Assembly: GCA_938083015.1 (NCBI GenBank)
Contig: CALKCX010000003.1
Coordinates: 14,793-78,792, forward strand
Direction: 5' to 3'
Length of the DNA stretch: 64,000 bases
Source: an uncultured Candidatus Micrarchaeota archaeon
GTDB taxonomy: Archaea; Micrarchaeota; Micrarchaeia; Anstonellales; J096
In this document: one piece after another, positions 51,916-62,134 of the stretch
Layout: the number at the start of each line of letters is the position of its first letter
How positions within the stretch are numbered: the first letter of the stretch is position 1
Translations under genes and position numbers: made by a program
The notes under the pieces: model-generated
Seen by the model: only the letters and a program-made list of their open reading frames with translations
Database searches by the model: none
What the model was told of the DNA's origin: nothing

Positions 51916-53613
51916 ATGATTACAATAATATTAATTGTGGATGAGTTCGAAGAAATTCTAATATCTACACCGATAGATAAAATAATTCAGATAATAAAAG
52001 ATGAGCGTGAAGTAACTAGCTCATATTTAGCTTTAAAGACAAAATACGATCAAACTACTATTGAAGAATGGGTTAGATACTTAGAAAGAGAAGGAATAGT
52101 TGAAATAAAATATCAGTTTAATGAAATGTACATATCTTGGAATGCTCCTAAGAAAGAAGAAGTAGAGGCCAGAAAAGAGAAGGTAAAGTCAAGAATTGAA
52201 AATGTTGAAAATAGAATATCACAGCTTAAGGAAGATGTTGAAATTGAGATAAAAATTGTATATGAAATTGTTGAACAGCTTGGGCAGAAGTTAGAACAGA
52301 TAGCTTCAGATAGAGATAAATTGATTATCTTCATATCTCAATTTCAGAGATTCAAAGAAGAATTTGATAGAGATATATCTTTAATTAACAGAGATATTGA
52401 AAAGACTGCAACTCAAATAGATGATAAGTATAGACAAGTATCTTCCTTTGCAGGTATGATTGCTGAAGTATCAACATCAGATATATCTCAAACAGAACAA
52501 GAATTGAGAAAATCAATAGATGAGAAAATGAAATTAATAGAAAATAGAATGAAAGATCTTGATGTTTATCTTGAAAAACTATCGAATTTCTCTGAAAAAG
52601 ATGTAGAGAATTTAAAAGATAAATTAGATGAGATAAATCGATTTAAAGAAGTATTAGATAATAGCAAATATATAGAGCAAGAACTTAGAGAAATTGTTAA
52701 ACGATATGAATATATACTTGAAATTCTTACTGAGAGAGAAAAACTATTGGCAGAATTGCAAGAACTAAATAAGAAAAATGTAGAAATACAGAATTCTTTA
52801 ACTAATATGACAGGCACTATATTTGAAATAAATGATAAGTTACAAAAAGTAGTACAAGATTACTATGAACTTCAAAGTAGATCTGCTGAATTGGCCACAC
52901 AGATCAAAAATAATCAAGATATACTTAAAAATGTAGAAATAAAAGATACTTCTGCTATAGAAAGAGCTTCAGCAATACTAGAAGAGTTAAGAACTATAAG
53001 ACAAGAATTACAGTCGTTTGACAAATTAGCAAAAGAAGCAGAAATTATAATAGATAGATTACAAGATATTGGAAAGGTAAGAGCTAATTTAGAGAAATAT
53101 AGAAGAGAATACCTTTTAGAAATAGCAAAATATGCAGAATTGGTAAATGATGATTTAAAAACACTAGAGACTTTGTTAGATATCAAAAGAAGATTAATAT
53201 CGGAATTGTCTCAATATAAAGAAACAATATTGGGCTATGAAGACGAATTTAAGAAATATGTAAAATTATTTGTAGAACAGAAGGAATCGTTTAATTCTAT
53301 GAAAAATTTACTATATGATATGATGACCAATGGGGAAATAGCAGAAGGATTGAAGAAGATTCAAGAGGTATTAGTAGGTGTTGAACAATTAAATACAAAA
53401 TTAGAAGAGGCAAGAAGATTATTAATAGAATTAGAAGAGATTAAGATAAACATAAATATCATAAATAAAGAACTAAATCTTATAAAACTTAGAACTCCGG
53501 AAACAGAGAAAGAGATACAGCAGAAATTGGATTATCAAGAAAAGGCATTAAAGGAACAACAGATAAAAAGGCAGACTCTAGAAGATTGGATACGGGGATT
53601 TACAAAAAAATGA
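51916..53613 (+). CDS. Hypothetical protein: N-terminal winged-helix-like domain followed by about 480 aa of Lys/Glu-rich coiled coil.
   Basis: The N-terminal about 80 aa (IDKIIQIIKDEREVTSSYLALKT...TIEEWVRYLEREGIVEIK) has HTH-like periodicity. The rest is heptad-rich (EIEIKIVYEIVEQL..., LEELRTIRQELQSF...). There is no TM segment or signal peptide. It is ATGA-coupled to the next gene. Confidence 0.4.
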   Translation: MITIILIVDEFEEILISTPIDKIIQIIKDEREVTSSYLALKTKYDQTTIEEWVRYLEREGIVEIKYQFNEMYISWNAPKKEEVEARKEKVKSRIENVENRISQLKEDVEIEIKIVYEIVEQLGQKLEQIASDRDKLIIFISQFQRFKEEFDRDISLINRDIEKTATQIDDKYRQVSSFAGMIAEVSTSDISQTEQELRKSIDEKMKLIENRMKDLDVYLEKLSNFSEKDVENLKDKLDEINRFKEVLDNSKYIEQELREIVKRYEYILEILTEREKLLAELQELNKKNVEIQNSLTNMTGTIFEINDKLQKVVQDYYELQSRSAELATQIKNNQDILKNVEIKDTSAIERASAILEELRTIRQELQSFDKLAKEAEIIIDRLQDIGKVRANLEKYRREYLLEIAKYAELVNDDLKTLETLLDIKRRLISELSQYKETILGYEDEFKKYVKLFVEQKESFNSMKNLLYDMMTNGEIAEGLKKIQEVLVGVEQLNTKLEEARRLLIELEEIKININIINKELNLIKLRTPETEKEIQQKLDYQEKALKEQQIKRQTLEDWIRGFTKK

Positions 53614-56264
53614 TACTTGTCTTCTTATTACTTTTCTCTGGTTGTATTGATCAAATTAATCAACAATTAAAGGCCTCTAGTGATGCTTATAAAAATTTAG
53701 GTATTGCTGAAAATGTATCTGTGCAATATGATAAGAATACTTTAATTAATGTGTTAAAAGAAGCTAAAAAACAGTATGAATCAAGAGAAAACGGATCTGT
53801 GTATACATTGGTATGCAATTATTCTAAATTAAAGAAAGTAGGTTGGGATAAGTTTAAGGCTTATTGGAAATTCTTATTAGGAGATAAAAAAGCTTTGTTT
53901 GACGAATCTCTAATTGGTGGAGAATGTTGGATACAAAATGTTAGTCATTATCCTAGTATTGAAGCTATTATTGTTTCACCTTATCTTTCTGTAAGTGAAA
54001 TAAAGAAAAATCAGGCTTTTTATAAAGTTATTATGGAAGATGATGGCCGCGTATACATAGAAGATATATCCAAATTAAGTGATCAAGAGATAGAGAAAAG
54101 ATATAAATTATTTCACAGATTCTTATTCTTTGGAATAGGTTCTGGTCCATCTTTCTCTGATTTCAATGAACTTAATCCATTTTGCAATAATTCTTTAAGA
54201 TATCCAATTAAATACATTTCTGGTACTAAAACACAATATCTTTTACCAGCATTACCTGATATAAGAGCTGCTTGTTATCTAGATCTTGGTTATATACCTG
54301 TATATGTCTTTTATAGTAAATACGGTATTCCAGAAGTAGATAATTCTGCATTATTAGTAGCTAGACTATCTGGAGAGGCCTATGGAAATCAAGGACACGT
54401 AGGACCTGTAATATTGTTTACAGAAGCTTCTATTACTCCTGATGAATTATTACAAGGATTAGATGTAAATTCAAATACACCTGTTGCAGGTAGGATAAAG
54501 GCACAAGTAGTATCTTGGAAAATACTCTGTCCAAGTTGTCTAATTGGTCTATCAATACCTTTTGATGTTAAACATCAACATCTAAAGAAATTAAAAGATA
54601 TTATACTATCGGATAGTTTTCTCTATGAAAATGTTTCAATAATAGGTTTTGGTCTAGATGTTGATAAATTAGATAATAAAGATTCTGTTGCTGAGCTAAT
54701 TTATCGAATGGATAGTTTAATAAGATTTTCAAGAGATCTCGGTAAACCAAGTGCAATAACATACATGTATATTCCTCAATCTTGGTTAGAAAAGAAGATT
54801 AGACCAGATGGATACAAATATAGTAATTTTGATTACATTATGAAAACAATCTATTCTACTGAAGGAATAGGTACTATGGCCTTATCGCAGATGACTGGAA
54901 AGGGTTTGATGATGCTACCATCTCCTCCGCTAATTCCAGAATCAATGATAATATTATTGGGCAAAAACAATCCTATATCTGTACTTACATCTGGTTTTGA
55001 TAAAAATGAACAGGTATTTTCCTATACTTTAAGTTATTGTAAAGAGTATTTTAAGGTAGATCAAGGATTACCTGTAATATACTCGTCTTCCGGAGTAGAT
55101 CTATTAGGTATTAGTCTAGCAAGTAGAACATCTTATTTTAAAGATACTCCTGATTATAGAGAACCAATATACAATCCACCTAAAATATACGATATAAATG
55201 ATAAGGATGATGTTGTATTTAAATGTGTTGGTTGTTTTCTTATGTTAAATTCTAGTCAAATTAAAAATTATAAAAACATATTTAATACTGCTAGATATAC
55301 AAAAGGGTGCAATGAACCTGATGAAAATATAGTAAAGAAGATAAAATTCTATTCAGATATAATAGATATGGATCCACCTTTTATAAGAGCTTTAATAGAC
55401 GAGCTTACAAATTATAATCCTAATCATGTATCATTTGCAAAAGATGCAAAAGAACAAATGGAAAGATGTGGTCATAATCTTACATACGATGCTGTTAAAT
55501 CAATGTTACCAAATACGCCTAAGATTAGCGATTACGTATGTGGATTCGGTATTATGGATGTAAAACTTGATATAACTAAAGAAATCATTAGTCCATGTGA
55601 AAACAGTAATAACATATTAGGTAAACGAATATTTGAAATAGACATAAATATGTGTAAAGGTATATTATTATTAGCTAATGCTTCAGATCAAGCAGAACAG
55701 TTAATAAAACAATATAGTAAATATATGGCAAAAGATCTCGAAGATAGATATATGATATATCGAATGATGCTAACAGCTCTTATATATGATCAAGGTAGGA
55801 ATTTTACAGAAGCTACTGTGTCATATTTTAATGGTATAAACAATGACGGTTTAGTTGATCAGATTAAGACTGTGGGATTAACTGGTCAAAAGAATGAAGA
55901 TGATAAAAAATGTGAAGATTATATGAGCTTGGATAAATTCTTTCAATATTGTTGTTATTACGATGGCAATAGGTATGAAATGATAAATGGTTATTGTAAA
56001 AAAATAGCTGATTATGAGAATTATTGGGATTTCTTATTAGGTATGAAACTTGCTCGAGGCTTTATGTATAGTAGCAATCCCGATTATTTTATATCATTTA
56101 AAGAAGCTTATTTAAAAGTAGAGAAAACGTTAAATATAACATCCAAATACTTCGATGTGTATGAGAAATGTAAAGATTGTGCAGATGAGAATTGGGCAGA
56201 TAATGTTAATAGAAAGATAAAGCAAATATGTGGCAATTTACCTAATCTACCTATGTGTAAATAG
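53610..56264 (+). CDS. Large secreted cysteine-rich, N-glycosylation-sequon-rich protein (putative lipoprotein; surface/S-layer-like or host-interaction candidate). The track ORF starts at 53586; the likely start is MILVFLLLFSGC at 53610.
   Basis: N-terminal signal peptide with a lipobox-like LLFSGC. About 24 Cys over 884 aa, including CC and CxxC pairs. Many N-x-S/T sequons. No TM anchor at the C-terminus. No recognised catalytic motif. Confidence 0.4.
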   Translation: MILVFLLLFSGCIDQINQQLKASSDAYKNLGIAENVSVQYDKNTLINVLKEAKKQYESRENGSVYTLVCNYSKLKKVGWDKFKAYWKFLLGDKKALFDESLIGGECWIQNVSHYPSIEAIIVSPYLSVSEIKKNQAFYKVIMEDDGRVYIEDISKLSDQEIEKRYKLFHRFLFFGIGSGPSFSDFNELNPFCNNSLRYPIKYISGTKTQYLLPALPDIRAACYLDLGYIPVYVFYSKYGIPEVDNSALLVARLSGEAYGNQGHVGPVILFTEASITPDELLQGLDVNSNTPVAGRIKAQVVSWKILCPSCLIGLSIPFDVKHQHLKKLKDIILSDSFLYENVSIIGFGLDVDKLDNKDSVAELIYRMDSLIRFSRDLGKPSAITYMYIPQSWLEKKIRPDGYKYSNFDYIMKTIYSTEGIGTMALSQMTGKGLMMLPSPPLIPESMIILLGKNNPISVLTSGFDKNEQVFSYTLSYCKEYFKVDQGLPVIYSSSGVDLLGISLASRTSYFKDTPDYREPIYNPPKIYDINDKDDVVFKCVGCFLMLNSSQIKNYKNIFNTARYTKGCNEPDENIVKKIKFYSDIIDMDPPFIRALIDELTNYNPNHVSFAKDAKEQMERCGHNLTYDAVKSMLPNTPKISDYVCGFGIMDVKLDITKEIISPCENSNNILGKRIFEIDINMCKGILLLANASDQAEQLIKQYSKYMAKDLEDRYMIYRMMLTALIYDQGRNFTEATVSYFNGINNDGLVDQIKTVGLTGQKNEDDKKCEDYMSLDKFFQYCCYYDGNRYEMINGYCKKIADYENYWDFLLGMKLARGFMYSSNPDYFISFKEAYLKVEKTLNITSKYFDVYEKCKDCADENWADNVNRKIKQICGNLPNLPMCK

Positions 56265-56266
56265 AT

Positions 56267-56953
56267 ATGAGAGAAACCATATTTCCTGAATTAAAACCTG
56301 GTTATAATGATGTAAAATCTTATAGTACTAATGGTCCAGAAGTGAGAACAAGGTTTACGATAAAAAAAGATTGGGTAATGACAATAGCTGATACTCCTGA
56401 AAATCATGTTCAACCTGTACATTATCATACTAAAAAGAAAGAAACTATATTTATAATAAAGGGATGCGGAGCTATCGTATATTATGTTAATGGAGAGGAA
56501 TGTCAAACAGTAGTATGTGGGGCGACTATGGTGAGTTTCTATGAAGGTATCTCCCATACTTTAAAGGCGATTACCAAATTTCCAAATTTTAGTATAAAAA
56601 GATTTACCGAAGATGATTATTCATTAGGAATATCTGAAAACAAAACTCATCCTTATATTAGGCGTCTTTATCATCAAGATGGATTAATAAGATTAATCCA
56701 TAGACCTGACGGAGAGAATATAGGAAGAATTGGAGTATACATAATAGATCGTAAAGAGAAGATCGAAGAATTACTTAGGAAAATGCGACAATCGATAACA
56801 CATCTTACCATAATTTATATAAAGGGTAGTATTGGTATAGATGGACATACTTTTGAAGGTGGAATAATAAAATTAGATGAATCCTTTGATTTAAGATCTT
56901 TAAGTATTTATGATTTAGATTATGCTATAATATTGAAGACATCCTCAAGATGA
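56267..56953 (+). CDS. Cupin-domain protein with an unknown C-terminal extension.
   Basis: Cupin motif 1 fits PVHYHTKKKETIFIIKGCG (G(x)5HxH(x)3-4E(x)6G). It begins 3 nt after the stop of the preceding gene. Its 3' end overlaps the glyS 3' end by 34 nt on the opposite strand. Confidence 0.4.
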   Translation: MRETIFPELKPGYNDVKSYSTNGPEVRTRFTIKKDWVMTIADTPENHVQPVHYHTKKKETIFIIKGCGAIVYYVNGEECQTVVCGATMVSFYEGISHTLKAITKFPNFSIKRFTEDDYSLGISENKTHPYIRRLYHQDGLIRLIHRPDGENIGRIGVYIIDRKEKIEELLRKMRQSITHLTIIYIKGSIGIDGHTFEGGIIKLDESFDLRSLSIYDLDYAIILKTSSR

Positions 56954-58275
56954 GTTAATCTTCTGTTTTTTATACCATCAAAAAACGTATAACCTATAAG
57001 ATCTTTAATCAAAACCCTATTTACCCCGATTTTTCTAGCTCTGTTTATCTTCTTAATTGCCTCTCCTTTTCCATCAATATACATTACATCATACTTATCT
57101 ATTAATTTAAGATATTCTTCATGCCCATCTAAACCGCTTAATGTTATAAATAGAAAATCGTATGGTCTGACTTTGGTATTAAACTCAAAATGATCGTTTC
57201 TAAATCCTTGTTCTAAGATTACATACAATAATCTCTCTAAACCTAATGAAGATTCAACTACATGAGGGGTTGGAAATGATAATTTAGAATATTCTCTATG
57301 TCTACTAAGATCATAATTTGATCTATAAGCATTTCCAGCTATTTCTATAACACCGTATTCTGTCATAACTTCTATATCGAAATTACCTTTAGAATAATGT
57401 GGTGTTTCATGAGCTTCTAATTCTCTTATCCACATTTTTCTCTGATCTAAACCTAATTCTGTATAGAATTCCCATTCCATAGCTAAGAAAGCTGCCATAA
57501 TTTGATTGTCCATTACTTCTTTTAAAAAATCAGATACTGTCATTTCTTCAATGTTATCTTTTCCTCTTCTTTTAATCCTAAACTTTCTATTGGTATACAT
57601 TTCAAAATTCTTAAAAACAGGATTATTCGGATCAAAGAAGTATTCAACTTCCATTTGATTAAACTCTCTTAATCTAATCAATCCTCTTCTAGGACTAATT
57701 TCATTTCTAAAACTTTTACCAACTTGTGCTATAGCTATAGGTAAGCGATTATAGGTTTTATAAAATCTTGGAAAATCTACAAACATTCCCTGTGCAGTTT
57801 CTGGTCTTAGAAAACCTATTTGATCTCTACCATAACCTATTTCTGTTTTAAACATCAAGTTTACATATTCTACTTTTGAAAATTCTCCACCATATTCTGA
57901 TCTTAGATCTTTAAGAAGTTCATCTGCTTTTTCAGGATCCCATGTTTTACCAGCTTCTTCTACAATCTTATCAGCTCTGTAAACATTACCTGTTTTCATA
58001 CACCTTACCATAGGATCTGTGAAGTTATCGTAATGACCAGAAGCTTTTAATACAATCTCTGGAGTTATCAAAGAAGTATCTATTTCAATAAAATTATGTC
58101 TTCTTACAAATATTTTTCTCCATAAGTTTATTATTCTATTCTTCATCCTTAATCCTATCTCTCCATAATTATAGAAACCTGCTGGTGAATCGTATATTTC
58201 ATTAGACGGATATATTATATTTAATTCTTGGGCAAGCTCTAGTGCTTTCATACCTATTTTAAAATATCTATACAT
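56920..58275 (-). CDS. glyS: Glycyl-tRNA synthetase (archaeal/eukaryotic alpha2 type). Compact form.
   Basis: The N-terminus YPSNEIYDSPAGFYNYGEIGLRMKNRIINLWRKIFV matches the GlyRS start ([21 protein letters not shown]). Class II motifs are present. C-terminal anticodon-binding domain (GEAIKKINRARKIGVNRVLI). Only 451 aa. Confidence 0.85.
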   Translation of the reverse strand: MYRYFKIGMKALELAQELNIIYPSNEIYDSPAGFYNYGEIGLRMKNRIINLWRKIFVRRHNFIEIDTSLITPEIVLKASGHYDNFTDPMVRCMKTGNVYRADKIVEEAGKTWDPEKADELLKDLRSEYGGEFSKVEYVNLMFKTEIGYGRDQIGFLRPETAQGMFVDFPRFYKTYNRLPIAIAQVGKSFRNEISPRRGLIRLREFNQMEVEYFFDPNNPVFKNFEMYTNRKFRIKRRGKDNIEEMTVSDFLKEVMDNQIMAAFLAMEWEFYTELGLDQRKMWIRELEAHETPHYSKGNFDIEVMTEYGVIEIAGNAYRSNYDLSRHREYSKLSFPTPHVVESSLGLERLLYVILEQGFRNDHFEFNTKVRPYDFLFITLSGLDGHEEYLKLIDKYDVMYIDGKGEAIKKINRARKIGVNRVLIKDLIGYTFFDGIKNRRLTHLEDVFNIIA

Positions 58276-58287
58276 TTTAAAATAACC

Positions 58288-58677
58288 ATGTTTAGAAGAA
58301 TACCTAAAGATGAGAAAATATTAGAATTAAACATAGGACAGGAGTTTGACGATTTTATAATAGTTTCAGATTACGATGTTAAACTATTGAAAGACCTAGG
58401 TATAATGGATGAAGAAGTAAATGTAGACATGAAAATATACGAAGTTTATAAAGAATTGTATGAAAAAGGATACAACCCCTCGATATTCGTATATAATGAT
58501 CAGATATACATTAAAATTACATCTCAGAGATTTTTAAGACACAGACCGGCCTATAAATATTTAATAGCTTTTGATATGAATCTCGATTTACATCTTAAAG
58601 CAGCTACAGCAACTAAACTTAAGCTATTAATATATCAAGATGGCAAGTATTTAATGATCTTACCTCATATTCTGTGA
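58288..58677 (+). CDS. Hypothetical protein (129 aa).
   Basis: ORF with consistent codon usage in a 12-nt gap after the glyS start. No recognisable motif. Confidence 0.25.
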   Translation: MFRRIPKDEKILELNIGQEFDDFIIVSDYDVKLLKDLGIMDEEVNVDMKIYEVYKELYEKGYNPSIFVYNDQIYIKITSQRFLRHRPAYKYLIAFDMNLDLHLKAATATKLKLLIYQDGKYLMILPHIL

Positions 58678-59397
58678 AAATATTATATAATAGAATATTA
58701 ATAAAAATATCAAAGTCAAATAGTAAATAGGTATTGGTAAAACTAAAGAATTAGAAGCGTAATATAAAAGAATTCCAGAGATACTTCCACCTAATGCCCC
58801 TATAACATTGCTTATCTCTTTACTACCTATTCCTTCTTCTTCAAAATACCCTGCTATAGAATCAAACAGATTACCTATTATACCTGCTATAAATATTAGA
58901 ATAGAATTTTCTATACTTATATTAAATACTAATATACCAAATATAGATATTAACATAGATCCAAATGCACCTGCTAATGATCCGTATAGACTTATCCCTC
59001 CGCTTCTTCCTATTACTGTTCTTCTTCTACCTATAATAGTATATACGTACTTATCGAATATTCCAAGTTCAGATGAAAACTTATCAGCAGTAATTGCTGC
59101 TAAAGCACTTAAATAACCTAGATAAGCAAGATCTCTATCGATTATTCCAAATGGCATATCAAATAAAGCTAATAATATAGGTATTATACCATTAGATAAT
59201 ACATTATTGAACGATCTTGTTTTCTCAAGTTTCTTCATCTTCATCTTAGTTACAGGTCTAATCATAGATACGTAATTACCTAACATTAAAAATACTATTA
59301 AACCAAATAGATATTCAGGTCTACTTAAAAAGTATAACAATAAAGCTATGATCAATGCAACTAATATGCCTTTTCCATCTAAACCTAACAGACTCAT
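58660..59397 (-). CDS. Integral membrane protein, DUF92/TMEM19-like.
   Basis: 245 aa, about 7 TM segments. Gly-rich blocks GRSGGISLYGSLAGAFG and GALGGSISG are reminiscent of the DUF92 family. Confidence 0.35.
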   Translation of the reverse strand: MSLLGLDGKGILVALIIALLLYFLSRPEYLFGLIVFLMLGNYVSMIRPVTKMKMKKLEKTRSFNNVLSNGIIPILLALFDMPFGIIDRDLAYLGYLSALAAITADKFSSELGIFDKYVYTIIGRRRTVIGRSGGISLYGSLAGAFGSMLISIFGILVFNISIENSILIFIAGIIGNLFDSIAGYFEEEGIGSKEISNVIGALGGSISGILLYYASNSLVLPIPIYYLTLIFLLIFYYIIFSQNMR

Positions 59398-59444
59398 GAT
59401 ATATATTACATAAAATTTAAATATAGATCAAAACTATTAATTTT

Positions 59445-61040
59445 ATGTGTGGTATTGTTGGGTATATAGGCCATAGACCAAATCAGGTAATAAAATATGC
59501 ATTAAAAGCTGTAGAATACCGTGGTTATGATTCAGTAGGTTATTACGATGGAAATCTAGTAAAAATAGTTGGTAAAGTTGACGATTTATTGAAGAAATTG
59601 GAAAATGTTAATTCTCCGTTTATCGCCCATACTAGATGGGCAACTCATGGTGCAGTCGAACCTAAAAACGCTCATCCTCATGTATATGGCAAAATAGTAT
59701 TAGTACATAATGGTACTGTAAATATAGATAGAAAAATCGATAATCTTGTTTCTGATACAGATTCAGAGAGAATAGCGGCAATATTAGATCAATTGACTGT
59801 TAATGAAAACATACTAAATGCTTTAGCAAGATTATATCAAGAGATTGAAGGTACGTTTACATTAGCTATAATGCATAAAGATCAACATGATAAAATATAT
59901 TTTGTAAAACAAGGTACGCCTCTTATTATAGGTATAGGTGAAAACGAGATGTTCTTAAGTTCAGATCTTGTTGCTTTTCTTCCATATACTAATAAATATA
60001 TAAGATTAGAAGATGGAGATTATGGATATATAACAAAAGAAGGTTATGTGATATATAATAATGGTAATCTTGTAAACAGACCTGTAAGGATATTTGAAAG
60101 CGATTATAAGGCAGCGATTTTAGATAATTATCCGCATTTTATGTTAAAAGAAATAGAAGAACAAAGACAATTACCAGAAGCTATTCAACCTATAGATATA
60201 TCATTGTTGAAAAAGATAATAAAAAGAACAAGAATAGACGGAGTAGCTGCAGGAAGTAGTTATCATGCATTGACTTTTATTAGATATTTGACGAAAAATA
60301 AGATATTGCCTTACATATCTTCAGAATATCCATATCTTATAGATAGGCCAAAATATGTTTTAGCTATTAGTCAAAGTGGAGAAACAATAGATACAATATA
60401 CGCTGTAAAACTAGCTAAAGAAAAGGGGGCAAAGATTATAAGTATTACAAACTATATAGGTTCTACATTAGCATCTATATCAGATTATGTAATACCTATG
60501 AATGCTGGTATAGAAATTGGGGTAGCAGCTACTAAAACATTTCTTGCACAGGTATTGTTAGGTTATAAATTAATAGATGACTTCGATGTGCAGTATATTA
60601 AAAAGGCAATAGAAGTTGGGTTAACTAAACCTTTGATTAACATTGATATTACAAAACCGATATTTTTCGTAGGCAAAGGCATAAATTATAGTATAGCTAT
60701 GGAAGGTGCTTTAAAGATGAAGGAAATAACATATTTATATTCGGAAGCATTTCCTGCTGGTGAGATGAAACACGGGCCTCTTAGTTTATTTGATCAAAAC
60801 TCTCAGACAATATTTATACATGGAAACGATTCAAGTTATAACAGTGCTATAAACAATTATAAAGAAATAGAAGCAAGGGGAAGTAAAGTAATAAGATTAA
60901 ATCCTGAGATGTTAACAGATAGATATTTTCACATAGCTGCCATAGTATATTTGCAGAGATTAGCTTATAATACTGCTGTTCAAATAGGTCGAGATCCTGA
61001 TAAACCTAGATTCTTAGCAAAGGCGATTACAGTAGAATGA
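59445..61040 (+). CDS. glmS: Glutamine--fructose-6-phosphate aminotransferase (GlmS). Compact form.
   Basis: The N-terminal nucleophile MCGIVGYIG (class II glutamine amidotransferase). Two SIS-domain blocks (AISQSGETIDT, KGAKIISITN) and a C-terminal VE. 531 aa. Confidence 0.85.
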   Translation: MCGIVGYIGHRPNQVIKYALKAVEYRGYDSVGYYDGNLVKIVGKVDDLLKKLENVNSPFIAHTRWATHGAVEPKNAHPHVYGKIVLVHNGTVNIDRKIDNLVSDTDSERIAAILDQLTVNENILNALARLYQEIEGTFTLAIMHKDQHDKIYFVKQGTPLIIGIGENEMFLSSDLVAFLPYTNKYIRLEDGDYGYITKEGYVIYNNGNLVNRPVRIFESDYKAAILDNYPHFMLKEIEEQRQLPEAIQPIDISLLKKIIKRTRIDGVAAGSSYHALTFIRYLTKNKILPYISSEYPYLIDRPKYVLAISQSGETIDTIYAVKLAKEKGAKIISITNYIGSTLASISDYVIPMNAGIEIGVAATKTFLAQVLLGYKLIDDFDVQYIKKAIEVGLTKPLINIDITKPIFFVGKGINYSIAMEGALKMKEITYLYSEAFPAGEMKHGPLSLFDQNSQTIFIHGNDSSYNSAINNYKEIEARGSKVIRLNPEMLTDRYFHIAAIVYLQRLAYNTAVQIGRDPDKPRFLAKAITVE

Positions 61041-62134
61041 AAGTTCTAATAAATAGCTTAGAAATAGGTGGGGCAGAGAGATCTCTTGAAATGTTAAGTA
61101 AATATCTAGATATGGATGTTTATACTCTATTTGATATGTCGAAGATGAATATAAAATATAGGCCTATAACTAAGTTAAAATCCATTAAAGGTATATTCTG
61201 GTATTTATATTTACCTTATATTATATTTGAAGCTAAAAAGATGTTTAAATCTGGTGATATAATTGTATCTCATTTAAATCAATCTAATATCGTGAATTAT
61301 ATTTTAAAAAGAGTTTTGAATACCAAAAGTATAATGGTTATACATCATTTGTTTCTAAATAGGCGTATTCCTTTTGAAATTGATGTAATGAGAGGCGCAG
61401 ATATGGTAGTATTCGTCTCTAAACATATGGAATTTGATGGAAAGATTAGATATGGAATTAAAAACACGACCACGATATATAATCCTATAGATGTAAATTC
61501 TATATTAAACAATTCTAATTTAGATCCTGGTATAGATGGTGAATATATATTGAATATCGGTAGATTTATAGATATGAAAAACCAGGATTTTCTCATAAAC
61601 GTTTATTCTAAAATTAAGCAGAAATTAGATATGAAGTTAGTTATATTAGGATATGGAGAAAAAAAGGAGATGTTGAAAAGATTAGCTATTAGATTGGGGT
61701 TAAAGATAAGTGAAAATCCAGAAGATAATGCCGATGTTTATATTATAAGTACAAACAATGTCTATCCTTATATTAAATCTGCTAGAGCTTATATACATCC
61801 GTCTACAATGGAAGGAATGGGGATTGCAGTTTTAGAAGCTCTTGTATTTAACAAACCTATTATTATATCAGATTACAAACATGGAAGTAGAGAAATATTA
61901 GAAATTGGTTTTGAAGAAAAAATAGAATATCCGAAATATACTGAGCGAGGTGTGCTAATGCCTGTTACTAAAGATGTTAACTCACTAGAAGGACAGATTT
62001 GGATAGAGAATATACCACGTATATTGGAAGATTATAAAAAAGTCGACGGTCTTAGATTTATAAAAGAGAATTTTGATCCTGTTAAAATTGCAGATAAGTG
62101 GAAAAACTTGTTAATTACTCTCGAGCATAGCTAA
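61037..62134 (+). CDS. GT4-family glycosyltransferase.
   Basis: The C-terminal GT-B domain has an E(x7)E-type motif, PSTMEGMGIAVLEALVFNKPIIISD. ATGA-coupled to glmS. Confidence 0.75.
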   Translation: MKVLINSLEIGGAERSLEMLSKYLDMDVYTLFDMSKMNIKYRPITKLKSIKGIFWYLYLPYIIFEAKKMFKSGDIIVSHLNQSNIVNYILKRVLNTKSIMVIHHLFLNRRIPFEIDVMRGADMVVFVSKHMEFDGKIRYGIKNTTTIYNPIDVNSILNNSNLDPGIDGEYILNIGRFIDMKNQDFLINVYSKIKQKLDMKLVILGYGEKKEMLKRLAIRLGLKISENPEDNADVYIISTNNVYPYIKSARAYIHPSTMEGMGIAVLEALVFNKPIIISDYKHGSREILEIGFEEKIEYPKYTERGVLMPVTKDVNSLEGQIWIENIPRILEDYKKVDGLRFIKENFDPVKIADKWKNLLITLEHS

